64,000 nt of DNA, taken from positions 71,059 through 135,058 of the forward strand of contig LFCQ01000003.1 in the NCBI GenBank assembly GCA_001189195.1, given 5' to 3'. Source of the DNA: Parcubacteria bacterium C7867-007 (GTDB taxonomy: Bacteria; Patescibacteriota; Minisyncoccia; Phycocordibacterales; Phycocordibacteraceae). The notes under the pieces were generated by a model. That model worked only from the letters and a program-made list of their open reading frames with translations, did no database searches and was not told the DNA's origin. The position numbers were made by a program, and so were the translations under genes. This document shows, piece by piece, positions 1-11,518 of this stretch (position 1 is its first letter; each line of letters starts with the position of its first letter).

Positions 1-1252
1 TCCCCTCGAACTGGGCGAGGACAGAGATAAGCTGTTTTGTGTCAGTTGATTCCTTGTATCCATCCTTAAGACCCTCTAGCACATTAAGTACTGATGTTTG
101 TGCACAGAGTATGATGCTCAGCACCAATACAAATAGCACCTTCATGCGTAGTGCTGAACCAAACCGTGCAACGAAAAGTGCATAGGCATAGGTGCCAACC
201 AGCACCATTGAGGAGAGATAGAACCATACTGATGCACGTGCGAGAAGATACTTCGCAAGGGGAGTGAATTCAAGAACAACACCAATGAGTGAAAGGATGA
301 GTGTACTCCACCACAATGCCATCCACACGCTGAGAGCGGGTGATGGAGGAAGTATCTTTTTCCTCTGGCACCATGCCCACAATCCTAGGACTAGAACAAC
401 ATAGATAATCTGCTTGCGCAGATAATGCAGGAGGAGATACGACCATGAGTGCAGTACTTCGGTATAGTGCTCCATCACAATGGCAGGGTTGGGAGGTGAG
501 AACTGCCCGATTCTGAACAGAACGTCATATATTGCAAGAGGAGACGCAGCCAAAAACACTACTCCATACAGGATAAATTCAAGCTTGATTGAACGAGTAC
601 GTATAACTTCTGCAAAGAGCACGATTGCAGCGACATGGAAGAATATAACCGGATACCAGTTCGAGAAGAGCCCTAGTGCAGCAAAGAAAAGTATGAACTT
701 GGTACGTGAACCCTCCTCAACACCTTTAAAATACAAAAACAGTAGCCAGACAATAATTCCAAGACCCAATTCCTTTGGCACGAAACCCTTAACAAGAAAG
801 CCCCACCCGGAAAGTCCAAGTGAGATAACAGGAATACAACTCACAAGCGCAATACTGAATGCAAGTGCTCTGTTGCGTGTGGTGTATAGCACGAGTGCAT
901 ACACACCCACAAGGAAAAGGACCAGTGATACTGCTGATATGAAAATACTCCAGTCAAGAACACCAACACCAAAGAAGTCTCCTATTTGTACAAACACGTT
1001 ATCTATGAACAACTGACCTGTTGGCCATGAACGGTTATTCTGGAACATGGTGTCGTTCACAAAGTTTCCCTCGTACGAACCCGAGAACTCACTCCAATGC
1101 ACCGTATGCACAAAAGCATCTGATGAAAGTTGATACTTGAGTGGTACACCTGAAACAGCAACGAAGGAGAGGTTTAAAAGAAGGGCGCAGAACAGGACAA
1201 TACCAATCAATATAAAATCGGTCTTGTACCGATCTAGTCCGCGCCAGTGCAT
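1..1252 (-). CDS. Polytopic integral membrane protein, partial (runs off the window start). Many TM helices; function unknown, possibly a glycosyl-transferase or polymerase-like membrane protein.
   Basis: Reverse-strand translation from the ATG at 1252-1250 (MHWRGLDRYKTDFILIGIVLFCALL...) stays open to position 1. It is very hydrophobic with repeated TM-like stretches. The listed + ORF 480..1016 lies antisense to it. Confidence 0.45.
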   Translation of the reverse strand, partial: MHWRGLDRYKTDFILIGIVLFCALLLNLSFVAVSGVPLKYQLSSDAFVHTVHWSEFSGSYEGNFVNDTMFQNNRSWPTGQLFIDNVFVQIGDFFGVGVLDWSIFISAVSLVLFLVGVYALVLYTTRNRALAFSIALVSCIPVISLGLSGWGFLVKGFVPKELGLGIIVWLLFLYFKGVEEGSRTKFILFFAALGLFSNWYPVIFFHVAAIVLFAEVIRTRSIKLEFILYGVVFLAASPLAIYDVLFRIGQFSPPNPAIVMEHYTEVLHSWSYLLLHYLRKQIIYVVLVLGLWAWCQRKKILPPSPALSVWMALWWSTLILSLIGVVLEFTPLAKYLLARASVWFYLSSMVLVGTYAYALFVARFGSALRMKVLFVLVLSIILCAQTSVLNVLEGLKDGYKESTDTKQLISVLAQFEG

Positions 1253-1297
1253 TGGTTAGAAGTATAGCAAATATATGTATGCGCTATACTTAGAGGC

Positions 1298-1705
1298 ATG
1301 AACACCAGATTTGTAAAACTCTTCCTTGTTACACTTCCTATTTTAGTAGTGATTGATTTCCTATGGGCCGGCATTATTGCCATTGATTTCTATCGTAGTC
1401 AGGCAGGTGACCTTATTACGATGACACCAAACATCCCGCCACTCGTGTTGTTCTATCTTATATACACAACAGCAATTACATACTTTGTGCTTCGTCCTGC
1501 ACTTGCTGCACGATCATTCAAACTGCTTCTCATTAACGGTGCACTTCTTGGTCTCACCGCATACGGTACCTACGATCTTGTTACGCTTGGTCTAACACCA
1601 GGATGGACCACACTTCTAACGATTGTAGACATTATCTGGGGTATCGTCCTCACCACTGGTGTATCAGCGATTGTGTACAGTATCGCAACACGCTTTAAGA
1701 TTTAG
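1298..1705 (+). CDS. Small membrane protein, 4 TM; resembles the DUF2177 family.
   Basis: 135 aa, four hydrophobic helices (LFLVTLPILVVIDFLWAGIIAIDFY...). The family assignment is from memory, not a search. Confidence 0.45.
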   Translation: MNTRFVKLFLVTLPILVVIDFLWAGIIAIDFYRSQAGDLITMTPNIPPLVLFYLIYTTAITYFVLRPALAARSFKLLLINGALLGLTAYGTYDLVTLGLTPGWTTLLTIVDIIWGIVLTTGVSAIVYSIATRFKI

Positions 1706-1719
1706 TTCAGCTATAAAAG

Positions 1720-1750
1720 AACCTCCGCATTGTGCGGAGGTTCTTTTATT
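1720..1750. terminator. Bidirectional rho-independent terminator between convergent genes.
   Basis: Hairpin aacctccgcattgtgcggaggtt followed by cttttatt; the A/T flank on the other side serves the minus-strand mltG. Confidence 0.6.
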
Positions 1751-2813
1751 TGCCTCGTCCGTAGTATTTCTTCAATAACTTAACGTGTCCTTCGTATGTG
1801 GGACTGCAGTGGAATTGGCTATCTGCATCATGGAAGTAGAAGAGACAATCTGTTTTCTTGGGATTGAGTGCCGCAACCACCGCAGCAACTGATGGGTTTG
1901 CTATAGGGCCCGGAGGAAGTCCTTTGTTTTGATACGTGTTGTATCGAGACTTTATATACTTATCCTTCGGTACCACAGGTGGCCACCATGTACCCTGTTT
2001 GCCGGTAGTGGCATTTGCCTTTGCGTATTGCAGTGTTGCATCAATCTGGAGATTCATTCCCAAGAATATACGATTCCAGATAATACCGGAGATAAGGCGC
2101 ATGTCATCCCAACCACCAGCTTCACGCTCGATAAGTGATGCAACCGTTAGGGCGTCTGCAACGGGAACTTGTTCTTCGGTACTCGTGCTGTACCGAGCAA
2201 GAATATCTTCTTGGAACCGATGATTTAGAAGGAGTTCAACATCATCAGGGTCAGTGACACTAAGGAAATAGGTACCAGGAACAAACTGTCCTTCAGGGAG
2301 ATCCGTATCACGCGCAGCAGCATGCTTCATGAATTCAGCACGCTCTGCTGCAGTCCAACCAAGGGTATCGCCTATGAGCTTTGCGACTTGTTCTTTTCTA
2401 TATCCGGGCTTAATAGTTATGAAAAGGGTATTTGCACCCGCTAGTTGGCGGTATGCAGGAATGTTAGAGATTGCCACCGCAACCTTGGTGAAAATATTGT
2501 CTGCCTGAATTGCAGCTGCAGTGAGAGAAGTTGGTTTGACATCAAGCAGAGCTTCAACCTGTGGGTTTTCAATAATAGTTTTGTTTGCAGGATCAACCGT
2601 AATGGTGAACTTAGGAGGAGGTGGGCGAACCGCATCTTGAATGGAAAGATCCACCACTAAGATGGTGGGTAGCGAAAAGAAACCGATCACGAGCACCAAT
2701 GTACTCGCCGCAACAGGGAGTATATTCAGTGCACGTTTCTTCGGCGATGAATTCTTGCGAGACGAACTAGTACCCTTGGGTATTAGCGAGCCGGGAAATT
2801 TCATCTGCGGCAT
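1746..2813 (-). CDS. mltG: Endolytic murein transglycosylase MltG (YceG family).
   Basis: N-terminal TM anchor. Hallmark motifs ASLIEREA and YNTYQNKGLPPGPIANP. YceG-like length and architecture. Confidence 0.9.
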   Translation of the reverse strand: MPQMKFPGSLIPKGTSSSRKNSSPKKRALNILPVAASTLVLVIGFFSLPTILVVDLSIQDAVRPPPPKFTITVDPANKTIIENPQVEALLDVKPTSLTAAAIQADNIFTKVAVAISNIPAYRQLAGANTLFITIKPGYRKEQVAKLIGDTLGWTAAERAEFMKHAAARDTDLPEGQFVPGTYFLSVTDPDDVELLLNHRFQEDILARYSTSTEEQVPVADALTVASLIEREAGGWDDMRLISGIIWNRIFLGMNLQIDATLQYAKANATTGKQGTWWPPVVPKDKYIKSRYNTYQNKGLPPGPIANPSVAAVVAALNPKKTDCLFYFHDADSQFHCSPTYEGHVKLLKKYYGRGK

Positions 2814-2876
2814 TAAAGATATTGTAACTAAGAAATCAACATCGCGAAACGTATTTGTCCACTGATTTCATTCTCC

Positions 2877-3461
2877 TTGTATAGACATACGTTCAGGGGG
2901 TGGTACGTTCAAGCTATGAAGTCCCCGGCTACACCTCCTTCATATACTGATCGTTTCACTTCGTGGATCGGTTCACGTGCATCACTTGTTGCTCACACCA
3001 TATTCTTCGCTGGTTGTTTCTCTACAGCGCTATTTGGTCTGGTCACGCTTGAGACTATGCTCCTTGTTCTCACCACTGCCGTCTCACTTGAGGCAATCTA
3101 TCTGGCCATCTTCATTCAGATGACAGTGAACGCTAACACCGCAAGTCTCCGTGAGGTGGAGGAAGATATTGATGAGATTCAAGAAGATGTGGAAGAACTC
3201 GGAGAAGATCTCGATGAGATTCAGGAGGACATTGGTGAGATTCAAGAGGACGTGGAGGAGATCAGTGAAGACATTGATGAGATTCAAGAAGATGTTGAGG
3301 AACTAAGTGAAGAGGAGAAGGAAGAGGAAAAGCAAGAACTCGCAAAGGCAGAGCGCAAGAGTGTGAAGAAGGCAGCTAATGAGGCAGAAGTACTGGAACA
3401 GTTAACTCATGATGTGGCGCGCATTCTTTCAGAGCTTGAGGCACTGAAGAAGGGTAAGTAA
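2877..3461 (+). CDS. Membrane protein with a C-terminal acidic heptad-repeat (coiled-coil) tail.
   Basis: Two TM helices, then 7 tandem 7-aa repeats (EDIDEIQ/EDVEELG/EDLDEIQ/EDIGEIQ/EDVEEIS/EDIDEIQ/EDVEELS) and a KE-rich tail. The underlying 21-nt DNA repeats lie at about 3125-3330. Confidence 0.6.
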   Translation: MYRHTFRGWYVQAMKSPATPPSYTDRFTSWIGSRASLVAHTIFFAGCFSTALFGLVTLETMLLVLTTAVSLEAIYLAIFIQMTVNANTASLREVEEDIDEIQEDVEELGEDLDEIQEDIGEIQEDVEEISEDIDEIQEDVEELSEEEKEEEKQELAKAERKSVKKAANEAEVLEQLTHDVARILSELEALKKGK

Positions 3462-3469
3462 AAGGAGAA

Positions 3470-3500
3470 CCCGCCCGGTTTATGACACGGGCGGGCAAAT
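3470..3500. terminator. Bidirectional rho-independent terminator.
   Basis: Hairpin cccgcccggtttatgacacgggcggg with an A/T-rich flank on both sides. It sits between convergent genes ending at 3461 (+) and 3507 (-). Confidence 0.55.
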
Positions 3501-3506
3501 CTTCAG

Positions 3507-3824
3507 CTAGACGAGCTCGCAAACATTCTTGTGGAACTGTAGGTACATTCCAAGTGGAATATGTTCCCAGTAGGTGGCCACACCCTCGCGGTCGGCTGCA
3601 CGCAAGGCAGCAATAGCCTTTGACCGTAAAACGATGTAGCCATCTCTATTCTGATTGCCAATGGTTCCGGCAATCGGATTTGCTCGTAACTCCTCTTCGG
3701 TTACGAGCGGTATGATGACCCCTACCCATTGCTTTCGAACCCCAACGGGAGCCAGGGTACCTGGGGGTGTCTTGATAATGCGGATAGAACTCATCAGTGC
3801 CTCCTTGCGACTGGTTGCGTGCAC
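3507..3824 (-). CDS. Hypothetical protein.
   Basis: 105-aa ORF with no recognisable motif. The start could be the internal Met (MSSIRII...). Confidence 0.35.
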   Translation of the reverse strand: MHATSRKEALMSSIRIIKTPPGTLAPVGVRKQWVGVIIPLVTEEELRANPIAGTIGNQNRDGYIVLRSKAIAALRAADREGVATYWEHIPLGMYLQFHKNVCELV

Positions 3825-3894
3825 CTTAGCATGTGAGGGCAGGAAATGCTCGTTTGGTCATATCAATCCAGACTGATACCATAGAGAAAAGGCT

Positions 3895-4656
3895 ATGGAG
3901 CATGCAGAAAAGGGTATTCACGTCGTCCTGAAGGCGGAGCAGCTCGGCACGTTCTTAGGCTTGCCTATCACAAACTCCTTGATCATGACGTGGATTGTCA
4001 TGGCAGTGCTTATTGGGTTCGCACTTATATTCCGTTCCAAGATCGCCATGATTCCTGGCAAACTACAGGCAGGAGTGGAGTGGCTCTTTGAGAGTGTTCT
4101 CAATTATATGACGGAGACTCTGGAAGACGAGAAGATGGCCCGAAAGTTCTTCCCGCTCATCATGACCATTTTCCTGTTTCTATTGGTTGCGAATGAACTT
4201 GCCTTCATCCCTGGTGTTGGAACCATAGGCTTTACCCACCATGGAGAGTTCCTTCCATTGCTGCGTGCTCCCGCTGCAGACCTTAACCTAACGCTCGCTT
4301 TGGCAATTATCTCGTTTGTAACGATTGAGGTTACGGGTGTGATTGCCCTAGGCTTTTATAAGTATGCGGGCAAATATGTTAATTTTAGTTCACCGGTGAA
4401 CTTTGTGGTGGGCATCATCGAGCTCCTTTCAAACCTCGGGCGACTTATCTCATTCTCCTTCCGTCTCTTTGGAAACATCTTTGCGGGAGAGGTGATGATT
4501 CTCGTGGCAGGATTCTTTGTTGCATACCTGCTACCGGTGCCGCTTATAGCGTTTGAGGTGTTCGTTGGCTTTATCCAGGCAGTGGTGTTCTCCATGCTCA
4601 CCCTGTTCTTCATCAAGCTGGCAATCATGGAACCGCATGGGGAGGAAGCGCATTAG
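3895..4656 (+). CDS. atpB: F0F1 ATP synthase subunit a.
   Basis: Polytopic protein with the signature RLFGNIFAGE. First gene of the atp operon. Confidence 0.9.
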   Translation: MEHAEKGIHVVLKAEQLGTFLGLPITNSLIMTWIVMAVLIGFALIFRSKIAMIPGKLQAGVEWLFESVLNYMTETLEDEKMARKFFPLIMTIFLFLLVANELAFIPGVGTIGFTHHGEFLPLLRAPAADLNLTLALAIISFVTIEVTGVIALGFYKYAGKYVNFSSPVNFVVGIIELLSNLGRLISFSFRLFGNIFAGEVMILVAGFFVAYLLPVPLIAFEVFVGFIQAVVFSMLTLFFIKLAIMEPHGEEAH

Positions 4657-4703
4657 CGCACCTCTCAATGCGGCTCCGGGATGGAGCAGTATTACTTAAC
4701 TAA

Positions 4704-4946
<243 letters not shown>

Positions 4947-4958
4947 TACACATTCTTC

Positions 4959-5405
4959 ATGGATCAGCTCTTCGAAGCATTCGGCATTCAACTCCCCTTG
5001 CTGCTCGCACAGCTAGTGAACTTTGGCGTGCTCTTCGTTGCTCTCACATACCTGCTGTATAAGCCGGTTATGAAGGCTCTTGATGAGCGCCGTGCCAAGG
5101 TTGCTCAGGGTGTGTTGGATGCAGAGGAGGCAGCACAGAAGCTTGCATCTGCAGACGAAGAAGCATCGACCACCGTGCAGACGGCAGAGCGTGAGGCAGA
5201 AGGTATCGTTGCCAGTGCTCGTGAAGAGGCAGGTAGTGAAAAGACTCGCATTGTGAAGGAGGCTGAGGCACGTGCCGCAAGTGTTGCAGCAGATGCAGAA
5301 GCACGTGCAAAGGAGACTGCAGATAAGTCTCTTCGTGAAAGTGAGAAGGAAATCGCACGCCTTGCCATGCTTGCTGCAGAGAAAGCAATGCGCAAGGAAT
5401 CTTAA
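4959..5405 (+). CDS. atpF: F0F1 ATP synthase subunit b.
   Basis: N-terminal TM followed by a long charged, Ala-rich helix. Position in the operon. Confidence 0.85.
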   Translation: MDQLFEAFGIQLPLLLAQLVNFGVLFVALTYLLYKPVMKALDERRAKVAQGVLDAEEAAQKLASADEEASTTVQTAEREAEGIVASAREEAGSEKTRIVKEAEARAASVAADAEARAKETADKSLRESEKEIARLAMLAAEKAMRKES

Positions 5406-5406
5406 T

Positions 5407-5769
5407 ATGGAGAAGGCATACGCACAGGCAATACAGAAACTCCTCAAGGAGCCTCATGCTGATGAAGCAAAGATCGTTAAGAATCTCGTTTCTCATCTTG
5501 AGGCAACAGGAAAGCTGAAGATGCTGCCGCGTATCAATCGCGAACTGAAAACATTGCTTGCGCGTGAACTAAAGCCGTCTGTGGAAGTTGCACACCGTAG
5601 CGAAGCGGACCAAGCGTTAAAGGAAGCAGCTAAAGCAGGTATCCATACAGAGCACGCACACATTAATCCATCCCTCATCCATGGCTGGCGTGCACGCCAA
5701 GGAAGTACGCTTGTTGACCACTCCGGCAAGCGTGCACTGATAGATCTCTATCGCCGTATCACTGCATAA
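5407..5769 (+). CDS. atpH: F0F1 ATP synthase subunit delta (OSCP), unusually short at 120 aa.
   Basis: ATG at 5407 directly after the atpF stop. OSCP-like C-terminus (HGWRARQGSTLVDHSGKRALIDL). The ORF-track entry 5272..5769 is in the same frame but overlaps atpF. Confidence 0.7.
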   Translation: MEKAYAQAIQKLLKEPHADEAKIVKNLVSHLEATGKLKMLPRINRELKTLLARELKPSVEVAHRSEADQALKEAAKAGIHTEHAHINPSLIHGWRARQGSTLVDHSGKRALIDLYRRITA

Positions 5770-5788
5770 TTATTTATTTACCACACGT

Positions 5789-7345
5789 ATGGAAAGCATC
5801 ATCAAACGTATCGAAAGTGAGATCGCCGGCTTCACTCCCAGTGGCAGTACGGAGGAGACGGGTATCGTTCGCACCACCGGAGACGGTATTGCGGAGATCG
5901 ATGGACTCCAGAATGCACTCATGAGTGAGATGGTGCTCTTCGATCCAACGTTTGATCGTTCTCTTGAGGCTGCACTCAAGGATGCTGATCCTATATATGG
6001 TCTTGTACTTAACCTTGAAGAAGATGGTGTGCGTGCCGTTATTCTAGGAGATGCCTCAAAGGTGTATGAAGGAATGCTCGTACGACGCGTGGGGCGTCTT
6101 CTTTCTATTCCTGTGGGTGAGTCCCTAATCGGTCGTGTTATTAACCCCCTTGGTGAGGCAGTTGATGGCAAGGGAGCAACACATGCAAAAGATATTCGCC
6201 CTATCGAACGTGAAGCGTATGGCGTTATGGATCGTGCAAGTGTTAATCAGCCACTGCATACCGGTATCAAAGCTATTGATGCCATGATTCCGATTGGTCG
6301 TGGACAGCGTGAGCTCATCATTGGAGATCGCGGTGTGGGAAAGACGGCCATTGCTATAGACACCATTCTCAATCAGAAGTCTGAGGACCCTAAGACCCGC
6401 CCTATTTGTATCTATGTGGCAATTGGTCAGAAGGAATCAAAGACTGCAAAGATTGTTGCACAACTCGCAGATGCGGGTGCAATGGAATACACCATTGTTA
6501 TTACCGCACCTGCATCAAGTCCTGCTGCCTTCCAGTTCCTTGCACCATTTGCTGGAGCAACAGTAGGTGAGTTCTTTATGGAGCAGGGCAAGGATGCACT
6601 CGTTATCTATGACGATCTTTCCAAGCATGCTGTGGCATATCGTCAGATGTCATTGCTCCTTCGTCGTCCTCCAGGTCGTGAAGCATATCCGGGAGATGTG
6701 TTCTATCTCCACTCACGTCTTCTTGAGCGTGCCGCAAAGCTTTCCAAGGAAAAGGGTGGTGGCTCCCTCACCGCACTTCCTGTTATTGAAACTCAGGAAG
6801 GAGATATCTCTGCATACATTCCAACCAACGTGATTTCAATCACTGATGGACAGATCTTCCTTCTTGCAGACCTCTTCAACAAGGGACAGCGCCCAGCTAT
6901 TGATGTGGGCAACTCAGTGTCTCGTGTGGGTTCTTCTGCACAGACCAAGGCAATGAAGAAGGTCTCGGGAAAGATCAAGCTTGAGCTTGCCCAGTTCCGT
7001 GAACTGGAAGCATTCATGCAGTTTGCATCAGATCTTGATGCAGAAACAAAGCAGCGTATTGATACGGGTCGTCGTATGACAGAGGTGCTTAAGCAGAATG
7101 TGGGTGAACCGCTTCCATTTGAAATGCAGGCAGCCGTTATCTTTGCCGCAACCAATGGATACTTTGATTCATTCGCTCCTGAAGAAACTCATGGTGCTGA
7201 GGTTCGTCTTCGCGACTATCTTGAACGTGAAGCAGATTCAGTCCTCACCGCAATCCGCACCGAGAAGGTGATTAGTGACGAAACTGAAGCAATACTTCGT
7301 TCTGTACTCGAGAAGTTCGTAGAACGATCTGGTGAGTCCAACTAA
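5789..7345 (+). CDS. atpA: F0F1 ATP synthase subunit alpha.
   Basis: Walker A GDRGVGKTAIAIDTILNQ and alpha-subunit conservation throughout. Confidence 0.95.
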   Translation: MESIIKRIESEIAGFTPSGSTEETGIVRTTGDGIAEIDGLQNALMSEMVLFDPTFDRSLEAALKDADPIYGLVLNLEEDGVRAVILGDASKVYEGMLVRRVGRLLSIPVGESLIGRVINPLGEAVDGKGATHAKDIRPIEREAYGVMDRASVNQPLHTGIKAIDAMIPIGRGQRELIIGDRGVGKTAIAIDTILNQKSEDPKTRPICIYVAIGQKESKTAKIVAQLADAGAMEYTIVITAPASSPAAFQFLAPFAGATVGEFFMEQGKDALVIYDDLSKHAVAYRQMSLLLRRPPGREAYPGDVFYLHSRLLERAAKLSKEKGGGSLTALPVIETQEGDISAYIPTNVISITDGQIFLLADLFNKGQRPAIDVGNSVSRVGSSAQTKAMKKVSGKIKLELAQFRELEAFMQFASDLDAETKQRIDTGRRMTEVLKQNVGEPLPFEMQAAVIFAATNGYFDSFAPEETHGAEVRLRDYLEREADSVLTAIRTEKVISDETEAILRSVLEKFVERSGESN

Positions 7346-7350
7346 TCACC

Positions 7351-9658
<2,308 letters not shown>

Positions 9659-9661
9659 TCA

Positions 9662-9910
9662 ATGGCAAAAACCTTCCACCTAACGGTTGCACGAGTTGGC
9701 CAGAACCTGTTTGAGGGGCAGGCGAAGTCTGTAACAGTACCCGGTGCAGAAGGTGTTCTCACCATTCTTGCAGAGCATGAGGCCTTTGTGTCTCCTCTTA
9801 AACCGGGAACTATTCGTATTGAACCAGCAGAGGGTGAGGAGATCACGATAGTTATTGAAGAGAACGGTATTGTAGAGGTTTCAAGCAACCAAGCAACCGT
9901 ATTGTTGTAA
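9662..9910 (+). CDS. atpC: F0F1 ATP synthase subunit epsilon (N-terminal beta-sandwich only).
   Basis: 82 aa; epsilon-like LTVARVGQNLFEG...AEHEAFVSPLKPGTIRI. Confidence 0.8.
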   Translation: MAKTFHLTVARVGQNLFEGQAKSVTVPGAEGVLTILAEHEAFVSPLKPGTIRIEPAEGEEITIVIEENGIVEVSSNQATVLL

Positions 9911-9913
9911 CGT

Positions 9914-10543
9914 ATGCCCGGCGTTAAGCACATTATAAGTGCTGCAATCATTGTTCTTGTTATCGCAGGGGCACTATTCTTCTTGCGCTCCACAGACACA
10001 AAACCTAACCGTATGTCCTGCGCCACAGAGAAAACTACCATTGCAGTCTTTGGCGATAGTCTTGTCGCTGGGTATGGCGCTACAAAGGGAAATGATTTCC
10101 CATCTCTTCTTTCTAAACAGCTCGGAGCACCGGTGCAAAACTTTGGTCGCAACGGGGAAACCACTTCAAGTGCACTTGATAGAACCAATCAGGTGCTTCA
10201 GGCTAATCCCGACATAGTGGTGGTGCTTCTTGGGGGAAATGACGCGCTACAGCGGTTTCCCGTATCCACTACAAAACAGAACCTTGGCACTATTATTGAT
10301 ACGTTTCAGAAAGCAGGTATGAAAGTGGTGCTTGTGGGAGTGGCTGGCGGTTTTGGTTCTGATCCCTTCAAACCTATGTACGAAGAACTTGCGAAAACAC
10401 ATACTGTTACGCTTGTACCCAATATCTTGAAAGGGCTATTGGGAAATAACTCATTCATGAGCGATCAGATTCATCCCAATGACGCAGGGTATGCAAAGAT
10501 TGCGGATCGACTAGTTCCTGTACTTGAGGGTACGTGTGAATAA
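9914..10543 (+). CDS. SGNH/GDSL-family hydrolase (arylesterase or lysophospholipase L1-like).
   Basis: Signal/TM N-terminus. GDS block IAVFGDSLVAGYG, GGND block LLGGNDAL and catalytic DxxH at IHPNDAGY. Confidence 0.8.
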   Translation: MPGVKHIISAAIIVLVIAGALFFLRSTDTKPNRMSCATEKTTIAVFGDSLVAGYGATKGNDFPSLLSKQLGAPVQNFGRNGETTSSALDRTNQVLQANPDIVVVLLGGNDALQRFPVSTTKQNLGTIIDTFQKAGMKVVLVGVAGGFGSDPFKPMYEELAKTHTVTLVPNILKGLLGNNSFMSDQIHPNDAGYAKIADRLVPVLEGTCE

Positions 10544-10566
10544 ATACTGGCACACAGCGAACTCCT

Positions 10567-10842
10567 CTAAAAAAGATTGCTGTGCGTCCCAATATCTACA
10601 ACGACTACCACTTGAAGCGCTTCGTCTCTTTCATACTTAACAAGTAGATCAAAGTCCAAGTGACATTCGCGAAATTGTGAAAGGTCTCCCTTAAGCTGGT
10701 GATCTTTATATTTTGCGGGGAGGCTTGTACCTCTAATAAAATATTCAAGCAACACTTCAAGGTGCTTTCTATTAAACGAGCCGCTGTGGTCTAGCTTTTT
10801 AAGTGACTTCTTCGCAAGACGAGTGAAGCGAAGCTCATACAT
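10567..10842 (-). CDS. yafQ: Type II toxin, YafQ/RelE family (mRNA interferase).
   Basis: 91 aa; YafQ-like motifs HSGSFNR, KGDLSQFRECH and C-terminal DIGTHSNLF. Directly downstream of the dinJ-like antitoxin. Confidence 0.8.
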   Translation of the reverse strand: MYELRFTRLAKKSLKKLDHSGSFNRKHLEVLLEYFIRGTSLPAKYKDHQLKGDLSQFRECHLDFDLLVKYERDEALQVVVVVDIGTHSNLF

Positions 10843-10845
10843 GCA

Positions 10846-11115
10846 CTAGGGAATAATTTTAGCCAGTGCAGCTTTGGCGGAGGAGTATGATTTCCCTTTT
10901 TTCTTTGCATTTGCTGCTTCCCGCAGGAGTTGAGTTTCGTATGCTGAGGTAAGGCCGTTTACTGTTCGAGGAACAAAGGGGAGTCCCTGCTCTCGAATAA
11001 CCTGGGTAAGGTATAACTTCACACCGCTCGAAAGGTCGAGACCCATATTCTCAAATACTATTTGGGCTGCCTTCTTTGTTTTCGCATCAATGCGAACCTG
11101 GATAGTGGTAGACAT
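10846..11115 (-). CDS. dinJ: Type II antitoxin, DinJ/RelB family.
   Basis: 89 aa; RHH-like N-terminus TIQVRIDAKTKKAAQIVFENMGLDLSSGVKLYLTQV. 3-nt gap to the yafQ-like gene. Confidence 0.75.
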   Translation of the reverse strand: MSTTIQVRIDAKTKKAAQIVFENMGLDLSSGVKLYLTQVIREQGLPFVPRTVNGLTSAYETQLLREAANAKKKGKSYSSAKAALAKIIP

Positions 11116-11263
11116 GGTCCAATTCTATTTGTTTGAGATTTGTATGTCAATACAATATACGTACAGTGTCATAATTAATTTATTTTGTTTGGATCATCTT
11201 CTTAGACATTCTCCATGGACTGGAGAGAGGTAAAAACCTACGAATCCGGTATAATCTACACAT

Positions 11264-11494
11264 ATGGGTATACAAGACTTTCTGTTACGTCAGGCAATGA
11301 AGCATAAGATGAAGGATGTGCCAGAAGCACAGCGCGAACAAATAATGACGCTGGTGCAGAAGGATCCTGAACTGTTTAAAAAGATTGGCGCAGAGGTAGA
11401 GCGCCGTACCAAGGGTGGCGAGGATCAAATGAAAGCCACCATGGAAGTGATGAAGAAGTACCGCAACGAGCTTGCTGGACTCATGCAAAAATAA
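11264..11494 (+). CDS. Small charged hypothetical protein.
   Basis: 76-aa KE-rich helical ORF with a plausible start; no family recognised. Confidence 0.35.
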   Translation: MGIQDFLLRQAMKHKMKDVPEAQREQIMTLVQKDPELFKKIGAEVERRTKGGEDQMKATMEVMKKYRNELAGLMQK

Positions 11495-11518
11495 CTCTAA
11501 CCACTAACTCGTACACAC

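Noticed and set aside
480-1016. 178-aa + strand ORF in the first kilobase.
   Set aside because: It lies antisense to a long, continuous, very hydrophobic minus-strand reading frame (1-1252) that looks like the real gene. The + ORF has low-complexity composition and no start context.
5013-5496. Three overlapping minus-strand ORFs (5013-5447, 5068-5496, 5105-5395) inside atpF/atpH.
   Set aside because: They are antisense to well-supported ATP-synthase b and delta genes. The Ala/Glu-rich sense strand gives long antisense frames by chance.
5272-5769. ORF-track start at 5272 for the delta subunit.
   Set aside because: That start lies inside atpF. ATG 5407, directly after the atpF stop, gives a delta-like protein without overlap.
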